Counted from the first letter of the stretch, positions 8,014 through 16,710 are shown. The stretch is 64,000 nt of DNA from Dehalococcoidia bacterium (GCA_965207865.1 CBDBNP010000007.1:531231-595230), one strand, 5' to 3'. Numbers and translations: made by a program. Notes: generated by a model not told the origin, from the letters alone.

Positions 8014-9537
8014 TCAGTCCGCCGCGGCACCCGCGCGCGCCTGTTGGCCGCCTTCACTCGTCGGCGCCGTCGGCGGCTTGTAGGGTCGGTGGAACGCCGC
8101 GATGATGGCGCCGATGGTCATGATTCCGACCACCGCCATCGCCGAGACCTGGAACCCCTCAAGGTGCAGCCGCTGCGACTCCGCCGGCAGCATAAGTCCG
8201 ATAGTCGCCGGCACGATCATGGCCACGATGAACGACGAAATCGTCGCGCCCGTCGCGTGTCCCATGTCCCGTGTCGTCTCCAGCATCCCGGAGGCGAAGC
8301 CCCGGTTCTCCGTCGGCAATGTGCTCATCACCGTCGCGTTGTTCACCGTGTTGAAGATGTTGGTGCCCACCGAGATCGGGAACAGCAGGAGCGGCAGCAA
8401 CCAGATGGAAACCGTCCCCGCGAACAGCGCCAGCAGCACGAACCCCGACGCGATGGACAGCATGCACGCCGTCCGCAGCAGCCGTGGGTTGAACTTGTCG
8501 TGGATGAACCCCGCTATGGCCGGTAGCCAGATGCCGAAGGACTGGTGCGGCAGCAGCACGTAGGTAACGAATATTGGCGACATGCCCAATCCCTCTTCGA
8601 TCATGATCGGCACCAGGATCATGGTCGCCATCATCGAGAGGTGGAACATCACGTTGGATATGATCGCCAGCGTGAAGTATTTCTGTCTGAAGTGCTGGAA
8701 CTCGACGAAGGGGTGCGACACTCGCCGTTCAACGAATATGAACACCACCAGCAGCGCGATGGTCAGCCCGTGCATCGGCAGGTGGTAGGTCAGCGCGTCC
8801 GGCGACGTGTACGACTCCTCGCCGCCGTGGATGTGGCTGCCCGACAGGATGAACACCGCCGACACCGCCACCAGCAGGATCGCCCCCAGGTAGTCGATGG
8901 GGTTCTCCTTGTCGACGATGGACTCGTTGTTTCGCCGCACCACTGGCATGCACGTCTTGATGACGATCAGGCCGATGGGCAGCATGGTCAGGAACACCAA
9001 CCGCCAGCCGGCGAAGCTTTCCCAGTTGGCCCACTGCAGCAGGACCCCAAAGAACGCAACGCCGATGAAGGTCCCGACGCGCGAGCCGGTGATGGGGAAG
9101 GCGTAGGCCCGGCCCCGCTCGCTGGGCGGGAATGCGAAGGCCAGCATGGCGTTCCCGTTGCCGTGTATCAGTCCGGCGCCGAACCCTTGCAGTCCTCTCA
9201 GCACAGTGACCTGTGTCAGGTCCTGGGCCGCCACGATTCCCACCGCGCCCACAGTGATGATGATCGTGCCGATGAAGAACACTCGTGGATGGCCGAACCG
9301 GTCGCCCAGCCTCGCGCCGAGGAACACGGTGCTGCCCAGCACCAGCAGGTTGGCGATGACGATCCAGGCCGCCTCGTCGACGCTGTAGCCGAAGTCGCGA
9401 GCGATGCTCGGCAGCGCCAGCGTCACCGGCAGGCTGGAGAGCTGCACCAGCAACTGCCCGCCGGTCATGGCGATCAGCACCTGGCGGCGCTCCACCGAGT
9501 TCACGACTTCCCTGTAGTTCTGAATAAAACCGGGCAT
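8014..9537 (-). CDS. MFS transporter (DHA2/EmrB-like, about 14 TM segments)
   Basis: 507 aa and highly hydrophobic. MFS motif GARLGDRFGHPRV after TM2. Confidence 0.85.
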   Translation of the reverse strand: MPGFIQNYREVVNSVERRQVLIAMTGGQLLVQLSSLPVTLALPSIARDFGYSVDEAAWIVIANLLVLGSTVFLGARLGDRFGHPRVFFIGTIIITVGAVGIVAAQDLTQVTVLRGLQGFGAGLIHGNGNAMLAFAFPPSERGRAYAFPITGSRVGTFIGVAFFGVLLQWANWESFAGWRLVFLTMLPIGLIVIKTCMPVVRRNNESIVDKENPIDYLGAILLVAVSAVFILSGSHIHGGEESYTSPDALTYHLPMHGLTIALLVVFIFVERRVSHPFVEFQHFRQKYFTLAIISNVMFHLSMMATMILVPIMIEEGLGMSPIFVTYVLLPHQSFGIWLPAIAGFIHDKFNPRLLRTACMLSIASGFVLLALFAGTVSIWLLPLLLFPISVGTNIFNTVNNATVMSTLPTENRGFASGMLETTRDMGHATGATISSFIVAMIVPATIGLMLPAESQRLHLEGFQVSAMAVVGIMTIGAIIAAFHRPYKPPTAPTSEGGQQARAGAAAD

Positions 9538-9661
9538 TCATTACCCCTGCGCCGGTCAATACCAGCCCGCCTACTCTATCACGAGGGCTGATGGCGTGCC
9601 ACCTCAAGTATCACTGACTGACGCTGCGGTTCTTTGTGCGGAAATATTAACCGGGACAAAG

Positions 9662-9688
9662 CAAAAAGAGCGGGCATTAATCCCGCCC
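9662..9688 (-). terminator. intrinsic terminator downstream of the PIN gene
   Basis: The minus strand reads GCGGGATTAATGCCCGC followed by TCTTTTTGC. Confidence 0.65.
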
Positions 9689-9709
9689 CCGTCTGATGCG
9701 TCTATTCAT

Positions 9710-10135
9710 CTACACCAGGGTGTCGAGTTGTGTTAAGAGTTTCTGCGGCGAGAGTATGGCAATCCCTCGGAACGGGTGCATCGACAGCAAGTCGTCGTCT
9801 CCGGTGATGATATGGGTGGCCGCGCCGCTTACTGCCAGTTCCAAGAACTTGTCATCCTTGGGGTCGCGACAGACAGCAATTTCCTCCGTAAAGTCCACAA
9901 GTTCCGAGGCCCCGACCAGTTCTTCAAGAAACCCCAGGCGTTCCTCTTCGTTCAGATATCTGCTGAAGCGCTGCCGAGCCATCACCTCATTCAGTTCGGC
10001 CAAGATAGCAAAAGAGGTAAGCAATCTGCCTTGCTCCAGAACCTGGTCCAAGACCTGACGTGGCGTGGACCGTCGCGACAGAACAGCGCTCACTACGACA
10101 TTAGTATCTAGCACCACCCGCAGATCACTCGTCAC
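9710..10135 (-). CDS. PIN-domain toxin (type II TA system)
   Basis: 141 aa. VVLDTNVVVSA (first acidic PIN residue), DPKDDKFLELA and ITGDDDLL are typical of the putative PIN-family TA toxin. Overlaps the upstream small gene by 11 bp. Confidence 0.85.
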   Translation of the reverse strand: MTSDLRVVLDTNVVVSAVLSRRSTPRQVLDQVLEQGRLLTSFAILAELNEVMARQRFSRYLNEEERLGFLEELVGASELVDFTEEIAVCRDPKDDKFLELAVSGAATHIITGDDDLLSMHPFRGIAILSPQKLLTQLDTLV

Positions 10136-10355
10136 GCAAAAGCGTCTCCAGAATCTCCGGCGTCAATCCACGTGACTCCGCCCTTTCGCTAATCTCATCC
10201 ATGACTGCCTGAAGCGTCTTGCCCGACGAGTCTGTCAATTCCTGCAATCGCAGGCTCAGCAAGAGCTGCAGCTTTCTCTTCTCGCTTGGCGACGCCTCGA
10301 CAAATGCCCGCGCCGCCCCTTCGTCCACCTCTATGGTGATGTTCGCTGTACCCAC
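10125..10355 (-). CDS. putative antitoxin partner of the PIN toxin
   Basis: The ORF track begins at TTG 10391. GTG at 10355 is preceded by GGAG at 8 nt, so the start is uncertain. Small acidic protein that overlaps the PIN start, the classic TA arrangement. Confidence 0.55.
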   Translation of the reverse strand: MGTANITIEVDEGAARAFVEASPSEKRKLQLLLSLRLQELTDSSGKTLQAVMDEISERAESRGLTPEILETLLRDE

Positions 10356-10439
10356 GACGTAAACTCCAAATATCCTCTGAAACACTCCCAAATGTGATCA
10401 GCCCGAACGCCCTGTATATCCCGCATAATACCATCAGGT

Positions 10440-11453
10440 TTATGGGCTACTAAAATTGATCTCCAACCTCCCATCTACCACATTCGCAACTCTGTTCTCA
10501 CCACCTAGATCCTCTTGCAAACTCACCCAACTATTATGGAAGAATCCCTTATCCGCCCTTGTAAATTTAGGTCGTCCCCTCAAGAGCTTAGAAAGTACCC
10601 TCGCGGTGTCAGCAGAAGCTGTACCTTGCAGCTGTTTCCACTGAACGTATGCTAGGAGATCGGCCAATTGCAGTGGCGGGACCTCTTTGGAAGAGTCGAA
10701 TTCAATGTCGGCAATTCTCGTTTCGCCCTGACTAAAGAGCGGCACCCAGACTCTACCGACATAGTCCTTTACATTTGCTTCCAAGGACGTCTGCCTGTCC
10801 AATACGAAATGTATGGCGGAACCCTCGGGTGACAAGCCAAGCGATTCTTCAAGAATTAGATTTAATGCCATCAGATACGTACGGGATGGTGCTCCCGAAG
10901 TCTTAAATTTTCGCCTTATTACTGGTTTAAGAGCTTCAGAATCTTGGCTTCTCTCGAGTGTCCAGTGAGATTCAAGGTGCCCACCAGTAAAATATCTCCT
11001 TTGTTCATCTGTAAGGTCGTAAAACGCCTCTGTCTCTACTACGCCACCAATGGGGAAGAGCATGCACGACTCTGCGGCCGCGACTAGCTCCTCCAAAAAA
11101 CAAACTCTTCGTTCAACGGACCATCTCCGAAAAGGATTGCTAGTACTTCTCTTCCGGTTCGGCTGGAAGAAGTCAATCGCGTGGAAAGTTTCCACGCCAT
11201 AATGCCGTAAAGTAGTGCCCCAAAGTCCGTTGAATCGAAGCCATTCTGATTTAGTAGAAACATGCCCAGACATTATTGAATACTTTGCAGAGCGATGTAT
11301 GCCACTTTCGTCTGCGAAGGCCCAGAGATCCCCCACTTCAGATGATGGTTGGTCTCGGTGCATGTACTGTGAATTCTCTGAGTCAAAAGCTCGAGATTTA
11401 TCGGGAGTCTTGATGAACTCACCTCCCTCACTTCTTACAACAAAACATTCCAT
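10440..11453 (-). CDS. DUF3800 domain protein
   Basis: 337 aa. AFADESG near the N-terminus and PLQLADLLAY near the C-terminus are the DUF3800 hallmarks. AT-richer than the backbone. An alternative start is M31 (11363). Confidence 0.75.
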   Translation of the reverse strand: MECFVVRSEGGEFIKTPDKSRAFDSENSQYMHRDQPSSEVGDLWAFADESGIHRSAKYSIMSGHVSTKSEWLRFNGLWGTTLRHYGVETFHAIDFFQPNRKRSTSNPFRRWSVERRVCFLEELVAAAESCMLFPIGGVVETEAFYDLTDEQRRYFTGGHLESHWTLERSQDSEALKPVIRRKFKTSGAPSRTYLMALNLILEESLGLSPEGSAIHFVLDRQTSLEANVKDYVGRVWVPLFSQGETRIADIEFDSSKEVPPLQLADLLAYVQWKQLQGTASADTARVLSKLLRGRPKFTRADKGFFHNSWVSLQEDLGGENRVANVVDGRLEINFSSP

Positions 11454-11814
11454 CTAGAGGTGAACTCCGCTAGAGCTCACCATCGTCTCCACCCAATCCA
11501 ATCTCCTCAACCGTTCTGCCAGCTAAATGTCCCTAAGTAACTACGCGCCGACTTTGCCTCGACACATGGTAGCCCCATTGGCTCTGCAGCTTAATACACT
11601 GTTGGACCCCCTGCATACTTCACAACCGCCCCCAACCGCTCCTCCTCAACCTCCTGGCCACACTCCCCCAAGATATCCATCCGCAACCCGGCGGAGTTCC
11701 ATCGAAGAAGCGGGATTGCAGCACCGCGGTCTCCGCCGATATACCCAGCTCCCAATCAGAAATGGCGCCTTTCAGTTTGGTACCCATGCTAACGGAGTTA
11801 GACATCCCGAAGCT

Positions 11815-13042
11815 CAGGGTCATTCGATTATTGATCGAAAATGGGGATGGGGTGTCTTGGGGATGATGATGAGGGAGTAGTAAGGTAGGGGGAGTGAGTG
11901 TGAGAGGGGTGTGTGGAATGGGCAATGAAAGGGAGAATATCGGGGGCCTGTCGTTACTGGAGGTCATGGGGAGATTGCCGGACCCTCGGAGCGGGCATGG
12001 CCGGCGCCATCCTCTGGGGGCGGTTCTTGGGTTGGCGGTGTGCGCCATGCTGTGTGGCGCCCGCAGCCTGTATGCCATCAGCCAGTGGGGCCGGGATCAG
12101 GGCCGGGAGGTATCGGAGGCACTGGGCTTCACCCGGAGTCGTACTCCCTGCGTATCCACGTTGCATCAGGTATTCAGCCGGCTGGACCGGGAGGCCTTCG
12201 AGCTGCTGTTGGGTCAATGGCTAAAGGAGCGGGGACTGGAGGCTGGGGAGGCACTGGCCATAGACGGAAAGAGATTGCGTGGAATTCACGGAGAGCAATT
12301 GCCTGGGGTCCACTTGGTGGCGGCCTATGCCCACCGGTCGGGTATCGTGGTGGGTCAACAGGCAGTGGCGCACAAGAGGAATGAACTGGAGGCGGTACAC
12401 CGGCTCTTGGATCGGTTGGACCTGCAAGGCCAGGTGGTGACGGGAGACGCCCAGTTCACCCAGCGGAAGGTGTGCCGCAGTATCGTGGCAAAAGGGGGCA
12501 CTACCTCCTCTCGGTAAAGGACAATCAACCCACCTTGAAACAGGACATTGCCGACCTCTGGGAGGAGGCTATGGCACCGCAGGCAGAGCAGGTAGGCCGG
12601 CACGGGGACCGGGTGGAGGTGCGGCGCATCTGGGTGTCGGATGAACTGGCAGGCTACAGCGACTGGCCCCACCTGGCCCAGGTGTGTCGTGTGGAACGTA
12701 TCGTCCACCACAAAGGCAAGACCCGCCGGGAACTCGCGTATGCCGTAACCAGCCTCGGTCCCAATGAGGCTGACCCTGCCAGGCTGCTGCAACTGTGGCG
12801 GGGTCATTGGGGGATCGAAAACCGGGTGTTCTGGGTACGGGATGTGACCATGGATGAGGACCGCTGCCAGGTAAGATCGGGTTCAGCCCCTCAAGTGATG
12901 GCCGGACTGCGCAATCTGGTCATCAGTCTCTTGAGAATGGAAAAGGTGCCCAACATCGCCGCCGCACTCCGTCGCTGCGCCACCAGACCCTCCTATCCCT
13001 TGTCTCTCGTCGGCGCCCCTACCCAATAATCGAAAGACCCTG
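11815..13042 (+). mobile_element. ISAs1-family insertion sequence (1228 bp) with IRs and a 10-bp target-site duplication
   Basis: IRL is CAGGGTCATTCGATTATTG (11815-11833). The IRR reverse complement is CAGGGTCTTTCGATTATTG (13024-13042), an 18/19 match. It is flanked by direct repeats TCCCGAAGCT at 11805-11814 and 13043-13052. Confidence 0.85.
11894..13029 (+). pseudogene. ISAs1-family (H-repeat-associated) DDE transposase, frame broken at an A4G5 run
   Basis: ORFs 11894..12517 and 12472..13029 together resemble one ISAs1 transposase (LPDPR, AIDGK, ...GHWGIENRVFWVRDVTMDED). The frames join as IVAKGG/HYLLSVKDNQ only with a -1 shift at GCAAAAGGGGGCAC (about 12487-12500). Confidence 0.8.
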
Positions 13043-13135
13043 TCCCGAAGCTAGACCCACCCACCCCAACCCCCCACCCTGCGCTATAATGGCCCCAACA
13101 TCCCCGGGCACCGAACGGGGTACAGGAGCGCGGCA

Positions 13136-14182
13136 ATGGTCAATGCGCCGGTCCGGCTGACCGAACTCTCCCACTGCGCCGGTTGAGCCGCCAAGCTCAG
13201 CCAGCAGGACCTCGTGCAGGTCCTAAGCAAGCTTCCCCAGGTGGAGCACCCAGACCTGCTGGTCGGGTCCTCGACGGGCGACGACGCCGCCGTGTACCGC
13301 CTCGATGACAGGCTCGGGCTGGTGCTGACAGTGGACTTTTTCACGCCAATCACCGACGACCCATACGAGTTCGGCTCGGTGGCCGCAGCCAACTCCCTCA
13401 GCGACGTCTACGCCATGGGCGGGCGTCCGCTGGTGGCCCTCAACGTGGTCGGCTTCCCCGCCGCCCTGGCCGGCGAGATGCTGGGCGATGTGCTGCGCGG
13501 CGGCTACGACAAGGCCGCCGAGGCCAACTGCCTCATCGTCGGCGGCCACACCGTCGACGACAACGAGCCCAAGTACGGCCTGTCTGTCGTGGGACTCGTC
13601 GAACCCGGTCGCCATGTGACCAACGCCGGCGCCCGGCCCGGCGACGTCCTGGTGCTCACCAAGCCCCTCGGCACGGGCATCGTCACCACCGGCTGCAAGG
13701 CAGGTGTGGCGCCGCCCGGCTCGGTGGAGGTTGCCGTCGAGACCATGGCCACGCTGAACCGGGCCGCCTCGGAGGCCATGATGGAGGTGGGCGTCAACGC
13801 CTGCACCGACGTCACCGGCTTCGGTCTGATGGGGCATCTGACCGGCATGCTGCGGGCCAGCGGAGTCGGCGCCGAGATCCGGGCCTCGTCCGCTCCGGTC
13901 CTGCCCGGCGTGGACGAGTTGCTGTCCCAGGGAGTCGCTCCCGGCGGCACCCACCGCAACGAGGCGGGGGTAGCCGATTATGTCGACTGGGACGATGCGG
14001 TCAGCTCCGACCAGCGCCTGATCCTGTGCGACGCCCAGACCTCGGGCGGGCTGCTGATCTCCGTGCCCGAGGATCGGCTGTCGCAGCTTCTGAGCGCCCT
14101 GGAGTCCAGGAGCGTAGAGACCCGTTCCATCGTGGGCCACATTAGCGATGGCGCGGCTGGGATTGCCAGCGTGATTCAGTGA
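13136..14182 (+). CDS. selD: selenide, water dikinase (selenophosphate synthetase) with in-frame TGA = selenocysteine at 13184-13186
   Basis: The ORF track starts at 13214. The in-frame ATG at 13136 has an AGGAG RBS and reads MVNAPVRLTELSHCAG-TGA-AAKLSQQDL. The rest is clearly SelD/AIR-synthase-like (DDAAVY, SDVYAMGG, VGGHTV). Confidence 0.85.
13206..13224 (+). promoter_or_regulatory. candidate bacterial SECIS hairpin downstream of the selD UGA
   Basis: AGGACC-UCGUGCA-GGUCCU, a 6-bp stem and a 7-nt loop containing GU. It starts 19 nt after the UGA. Confidence 0.35.
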
Positions 14183-14197
14183 GCATAGGGCGGTAAA

Positions 14198-14845
14198 ATG
14201 CTGTCCAAACTATTCCCCAATGTGAGGTGGGGCTTGAAGCGACCCGACCGAGTAAAGAAGGCACCCGACCAGGGCTACGGCGAACGCGTGCCGCCGGGCC
14301 AGTTCGTCACCACCAAGTTCCCGGTGCTCACCTACGGCCCCGAGCCCAAGATCGACATCAACGCCTGGCAGTTCCGGGTGTTCGGCCTGGTCGAGAAAGA
14401 AATCACCCTCGATTGGAAGGCGTTCACCGAACTGCCCTGGCAGGTCCTCGAGGCCGACTTCCACTGCGTAACCCAGTGGAGCGCCCTGGACCAGACCTGG
14501 GAGGGTGTGGCGGTGTCTGACCTGCTGGAACTCTCGGGAATATCGACGGAAAGCAAGTACCTGATGGCACACTGCTTCGGCGGCTATTCCACCAACCTCC
14601 CGCTGGAAATCGCCCTGGACGAGGGATTCCTGGCCCACAAGCAGGGCGGCGAGCCCATCGGCAAGAGCCACGGCTGGCCCCTGCGCCTGATCGTGCCCAG
14701 CCTCTACGGTTGGAAGAGCGCGAAGTGGGTCAACGGCATCGAGCTGATGGCCGAGGACGCCCCAGGATTCTGGGAGCAGCGCGGCTACCACAACAACGGC
14801 GACCCCTGGAAGGAAGAGCGCTTCTGGCCCGAGTTGATGCGTTAG
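14198..14845 (+). CDS. sulfite-oxidase-fold molybdopterin-dependent oxidoreductase (small YedY/SUOX-like)
   Basis: 215 aa, starting 15 nt after the selD stop. FHCVTQWS (Mo-ligand Cys context), GGEPIGKSHGWPLRLIVP and YGWKSAKWV are typical of this family. Confidence 0.8.
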   Translation: MLSKLFPNVRWGLKRPDRVKKAPDQGYGERVPPGQFVTTKFPVLTYGPEPKIDINAWQFRVFGLVEKEITLDWKAFTELPWQVLEADFHCVTQWSALDQTWEGVAVSDLLELSGISTESKYLMAHCFGGYSTNLPLEIALDEGFLAHKQGGEPIGKSHGWPLRLIVPSLYGWKSAKWVNGIELMAEDAPGFWEQRGYHNNGDPWKEERFWPELMR

Positions 14846-14948
14846 GGGTTGAGGGATCAATTCCCATTTCCTCCGGGAACAGGACCCTTGCAAAGTCGTC
14901 GTCTGAACTGTGATTCGTGTGATTTCAGGATTTCACTGATGCGACCTC

Positions 14949-14980
14949 AATCCTGCCAATCCTCTAATCCTGTGAATCCT
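14949..14980. repeat. four closely spaced AATCCT direct repeats
   Basis: AATCCT occurs at 14949, 14958, 14966 and 14975. An inverted partner TCAGGATTTCAC (about 14926) faces GTGAATCCTGA (14972-14982). Confidence 0.6.
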
Positions 14981-15057
14981 GATTCAGACAATTGTATTCG
15001 GCAACTACTCTAAGAATGATTGCTCTCTTTTTGGCCTGATCAATTAAACACCACGCA

Positions 15058-15090
15058 AGCAAAAGGGGCGGCCGATCGGCCGCCCCTCGT
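15058..15090 (-). terminator. intrinsic terminator of the zinc-ribbon gene
   Basis: Palindrome GGGGCGGCCGATCGGCCGCCCC (15065-15086), followed on the minus strand by TTTTGC. Confidence 0.7.
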
Positions 15091-15121
15091 TCTGGACTGT
15101 GCAATTCGACTGTAGACGCAG

Positions 15122-15322
15122 TCAAGCAGCCCTCGGCAGCGCTTCCTGCTCTCTTTGCCACGCGGCAGCGGCGGCTGCTGGCGAGGTCGCCGTCCGCGAG
15201 GCGCCCTTGACCTCAAGGTCTTTCATGAATCCGCACTGCAGGCAGCTGATGAAGGTGCCGTACCCATCCTGGGCAACGGTCAGGTCTCCGAGGCACTTGG
15301 GACAGGACTTCAAGTACACCAT
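15122..15322 (-). CDS. small zinc-ribbon protein
   Basis: ORF track gives 15122..15520. The internal ATG at 15322 has a GAGGAGGTG RBS. MVYLKSCPKCLGDL...ISCLQCGF gives a CxxC-x17-CxxC pattern. Confidence 0.6.
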   Translation of the reverse strand: MVYLKSCPKCLGDLTVAQDGYGTFISCLQCGFMKDLEVKGASRTATSPAAAAAAWQREQEALPRAA

Positions 15323-15479
15323 GGAACACCTCCTCTCATTTTTCGGCCCCCTGCCGGCCATTAAGACGGCTGGTGAACCCTGAGATACTCCACCAAGCTG
15401 GCTCATCAGGCTGGCGTAGTTTCCATTAGTACGCCAGCACCTTTCTTTCGGATTCTTTATCTCTCTCGCTACACTACTA

Positions 15480-15508
15480 TTGACACGCCACGTATCAAAC
15501 CCTATCAT
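15480..15508 (+). promoter_or_regulatory. sigma70-like promoter of hspR-grpE-dnaK with an overlapping inverted repeat
   Basis: TTGACA (15480-85), a 17-bp spacer, then TATCAT (15503-08). TTGACA-N7-TATCAA (15480-15498) is an imperfect palindrome with the same TTGA-N11-TCAA spacing as HAIR. Confidence 0.55.
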
Positions 15509-15547
15509 ACGTATCAGCACAGGTCAACAGACCGGCGGGAGAAAACC

Positions 15548-16057
15548 ATGACCCAGCAGCGTCGAGTCCAAACACAACGCATCCAGGACAGGAGCGTCCC
15601 TCCTGTTCCGGAAGTTGCGTCTGGCGACGCTGACCCGTCTCAAGCACAGGTCCAGAACAACTCTGCAGTCGGTCAGGAGATGGACCAGACCGTGGAAAGC
15701 GAGGCCGCTCTGCAGATGGAAGGGGTCTACATCATCAGCGTGGCGGCCCGTATCCTCGATATGCACCCCCAGACCCTGCGCAAGTACGAGCGGCTGGGGC
15801 TGATCCGGCCCGGAAGAACCCTGGGCATGCTGCGGCTGTATTCCACTGAGGACATTCGCAAGCTGCGACTAATACGCCACCTGTCGGATGAAATGGGCCT
15901 GAATCTCGCTGGCGTGGAATTCGTCCTGACGGCGGTCCAGAACCTTATCACCATGCAGCAGAGGCTGACCGCGAGGTTGGGGCCGGAGGCGGGCGAAGCG
16001 GTGGCCGAAGAGCTTGAGTTACTCTTTCACAGCCTCAACCTGCCCGTTGATCACTAA
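15548..16057 (+). CDS. hspR: MerR-family heat-shock repressor HspR
   Basis: YIISVAARILDMHPQTLRKYERLGLIRPGRTLGMLRLYSTEDIRKLRLIRHL is a MerR HTH of the HspR type. GGGAGA RBS. About 60 aa of N-terminal extension. Lies directly upstream of grpE-dnaK. Confidence 0.8.
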   Translation: MTQQRRVQTQRIQDRSVPPVPEVASGDADPSQAQVQNNSAVGQEMDQTVESEAALQMEGVYIISVAARILDMHPQTLRKYERLGLIRPGRTLGMLRLYSTEDIRKLRLIRHLSDEMGLNLAGVEFVLTAVQNLITMQQRLTARLGPEAGEAVAEELELLFHSLNLPVDH

Positions 16058-16119
16058 CTGAGCGTGTGGACCCCGGACGAGGGAAAGGAACCAGAGCAAA
16101 CTTACACAGGGATCGGTTG

Positions 16120-16710
16120 ATGTCTACAGAACACGACAGGGAACCAACGAACGAGCCAGGGCGCCACGACCAGAACGCGGCACCAGCAGACGGGGAAGCT
16201 CCCCAGGAAGCGATGGATTTCTCGCAGTTGCCGCCGGAGTTGAAGATCGCGGCACTGACCGAGCGGCTGGAAGCCGCTGAGGCAGATGCCGAGAAATTCC
16301 GGAACGAGGTGCAGTACAGGGAGGCGGAGCTTCAAACCGAAAGAAGGCGATTCGCCGAACAGCGCGCGACACTGGCCAAATACCGGGATGAGGACCTGCT
16401 CCAGGACCTGCTCCCGGTGATCGAGGGGCTGGAGCTGGCACTGAACGCCGAGGTGAGCCCCCAGTGGGGAGACGGCGTTAAGCTGGCGGTGCGGGAAGTG
16501 AAGCGTCGACTGGAAATGCGCGGAGTCACTCTCGTCGACGGGGCTGTGGGGCAACCCTTCGACCCCAACGAGCACGAGGCGCTGGCATACCAGGAATCAA
16601 CGGATCACCAGCCGGACCACGTGGTCCAGATGGTCCGTCCCGGCTACCGGCTCCACGATCGGCTGTTGCGAGCTGCCCAGGTGATCGTGGCGCGAGAACC
16701 CGCGTCATAG
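16120..16710 (+). CDS. grpE: nucleotide exchange factor GrpE
   Basis: The ORF track starts at GTG 16066; ATG 16120 was preferred. Coiled-coil N-terminus, then the GrpE core (LLPVIEGLELAL, FDPNEHEA, GYRLHDRLLRAAQV). Confidence 0.85.
   Translation: MSTEHDREPTNEPGRHDQNAAPADGEAPQEAMDFSQLPPELKIAALTERLEAAEADAEKFRNEVQYREAELQTERRRFAEQRATLAKYRDEDLLQDLLPVIEGLELALNAEVSPQWGDGVKLAVREVKRRLEMRGVTLVDGAVGQPFDPNEHEALAYQESTDHQPDHVVQMVRPGYRLHDRLLRAAQVIVAREPAS

Noticed and set aside
11620-11814. Minus-strand ORF tail MSNSVSMGTKLKGAISDWELGISAETAVLQSRFFDGTPPG..., resembling the C-terminal helix of HigA/VapI-type HTH antitoxins (..gISaemAlrLsk.FGtspefW..).
   Set aside because: Only about 60 codons are present, and the N-terminal HTH part is missing. 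The sequence upstream of the IS insertion point is G-rich non-coding, so the IS did not simply split it. At best it is a decayed remnant, and this cannot be verified without a profile search.
15409-15441. Hairpin GCTGGCGTA-N11-TACGCCAGC followed by a T-rich tract, in the divergent region between the zinc-ribbon gene and hspR.
   Set aside because: There is no upstream plus-strand gene for it to terminate. It may be part of the zinc-ribbon gene leader, but no function can be assigned from sequence alone.
16005-16035. CTTGAGT half-site identical to one HAIR arm near the end of hspR.
   Set aside because: The second arm (ACTCAAG at N7) is absent, and the site lies inside the coding sequence.
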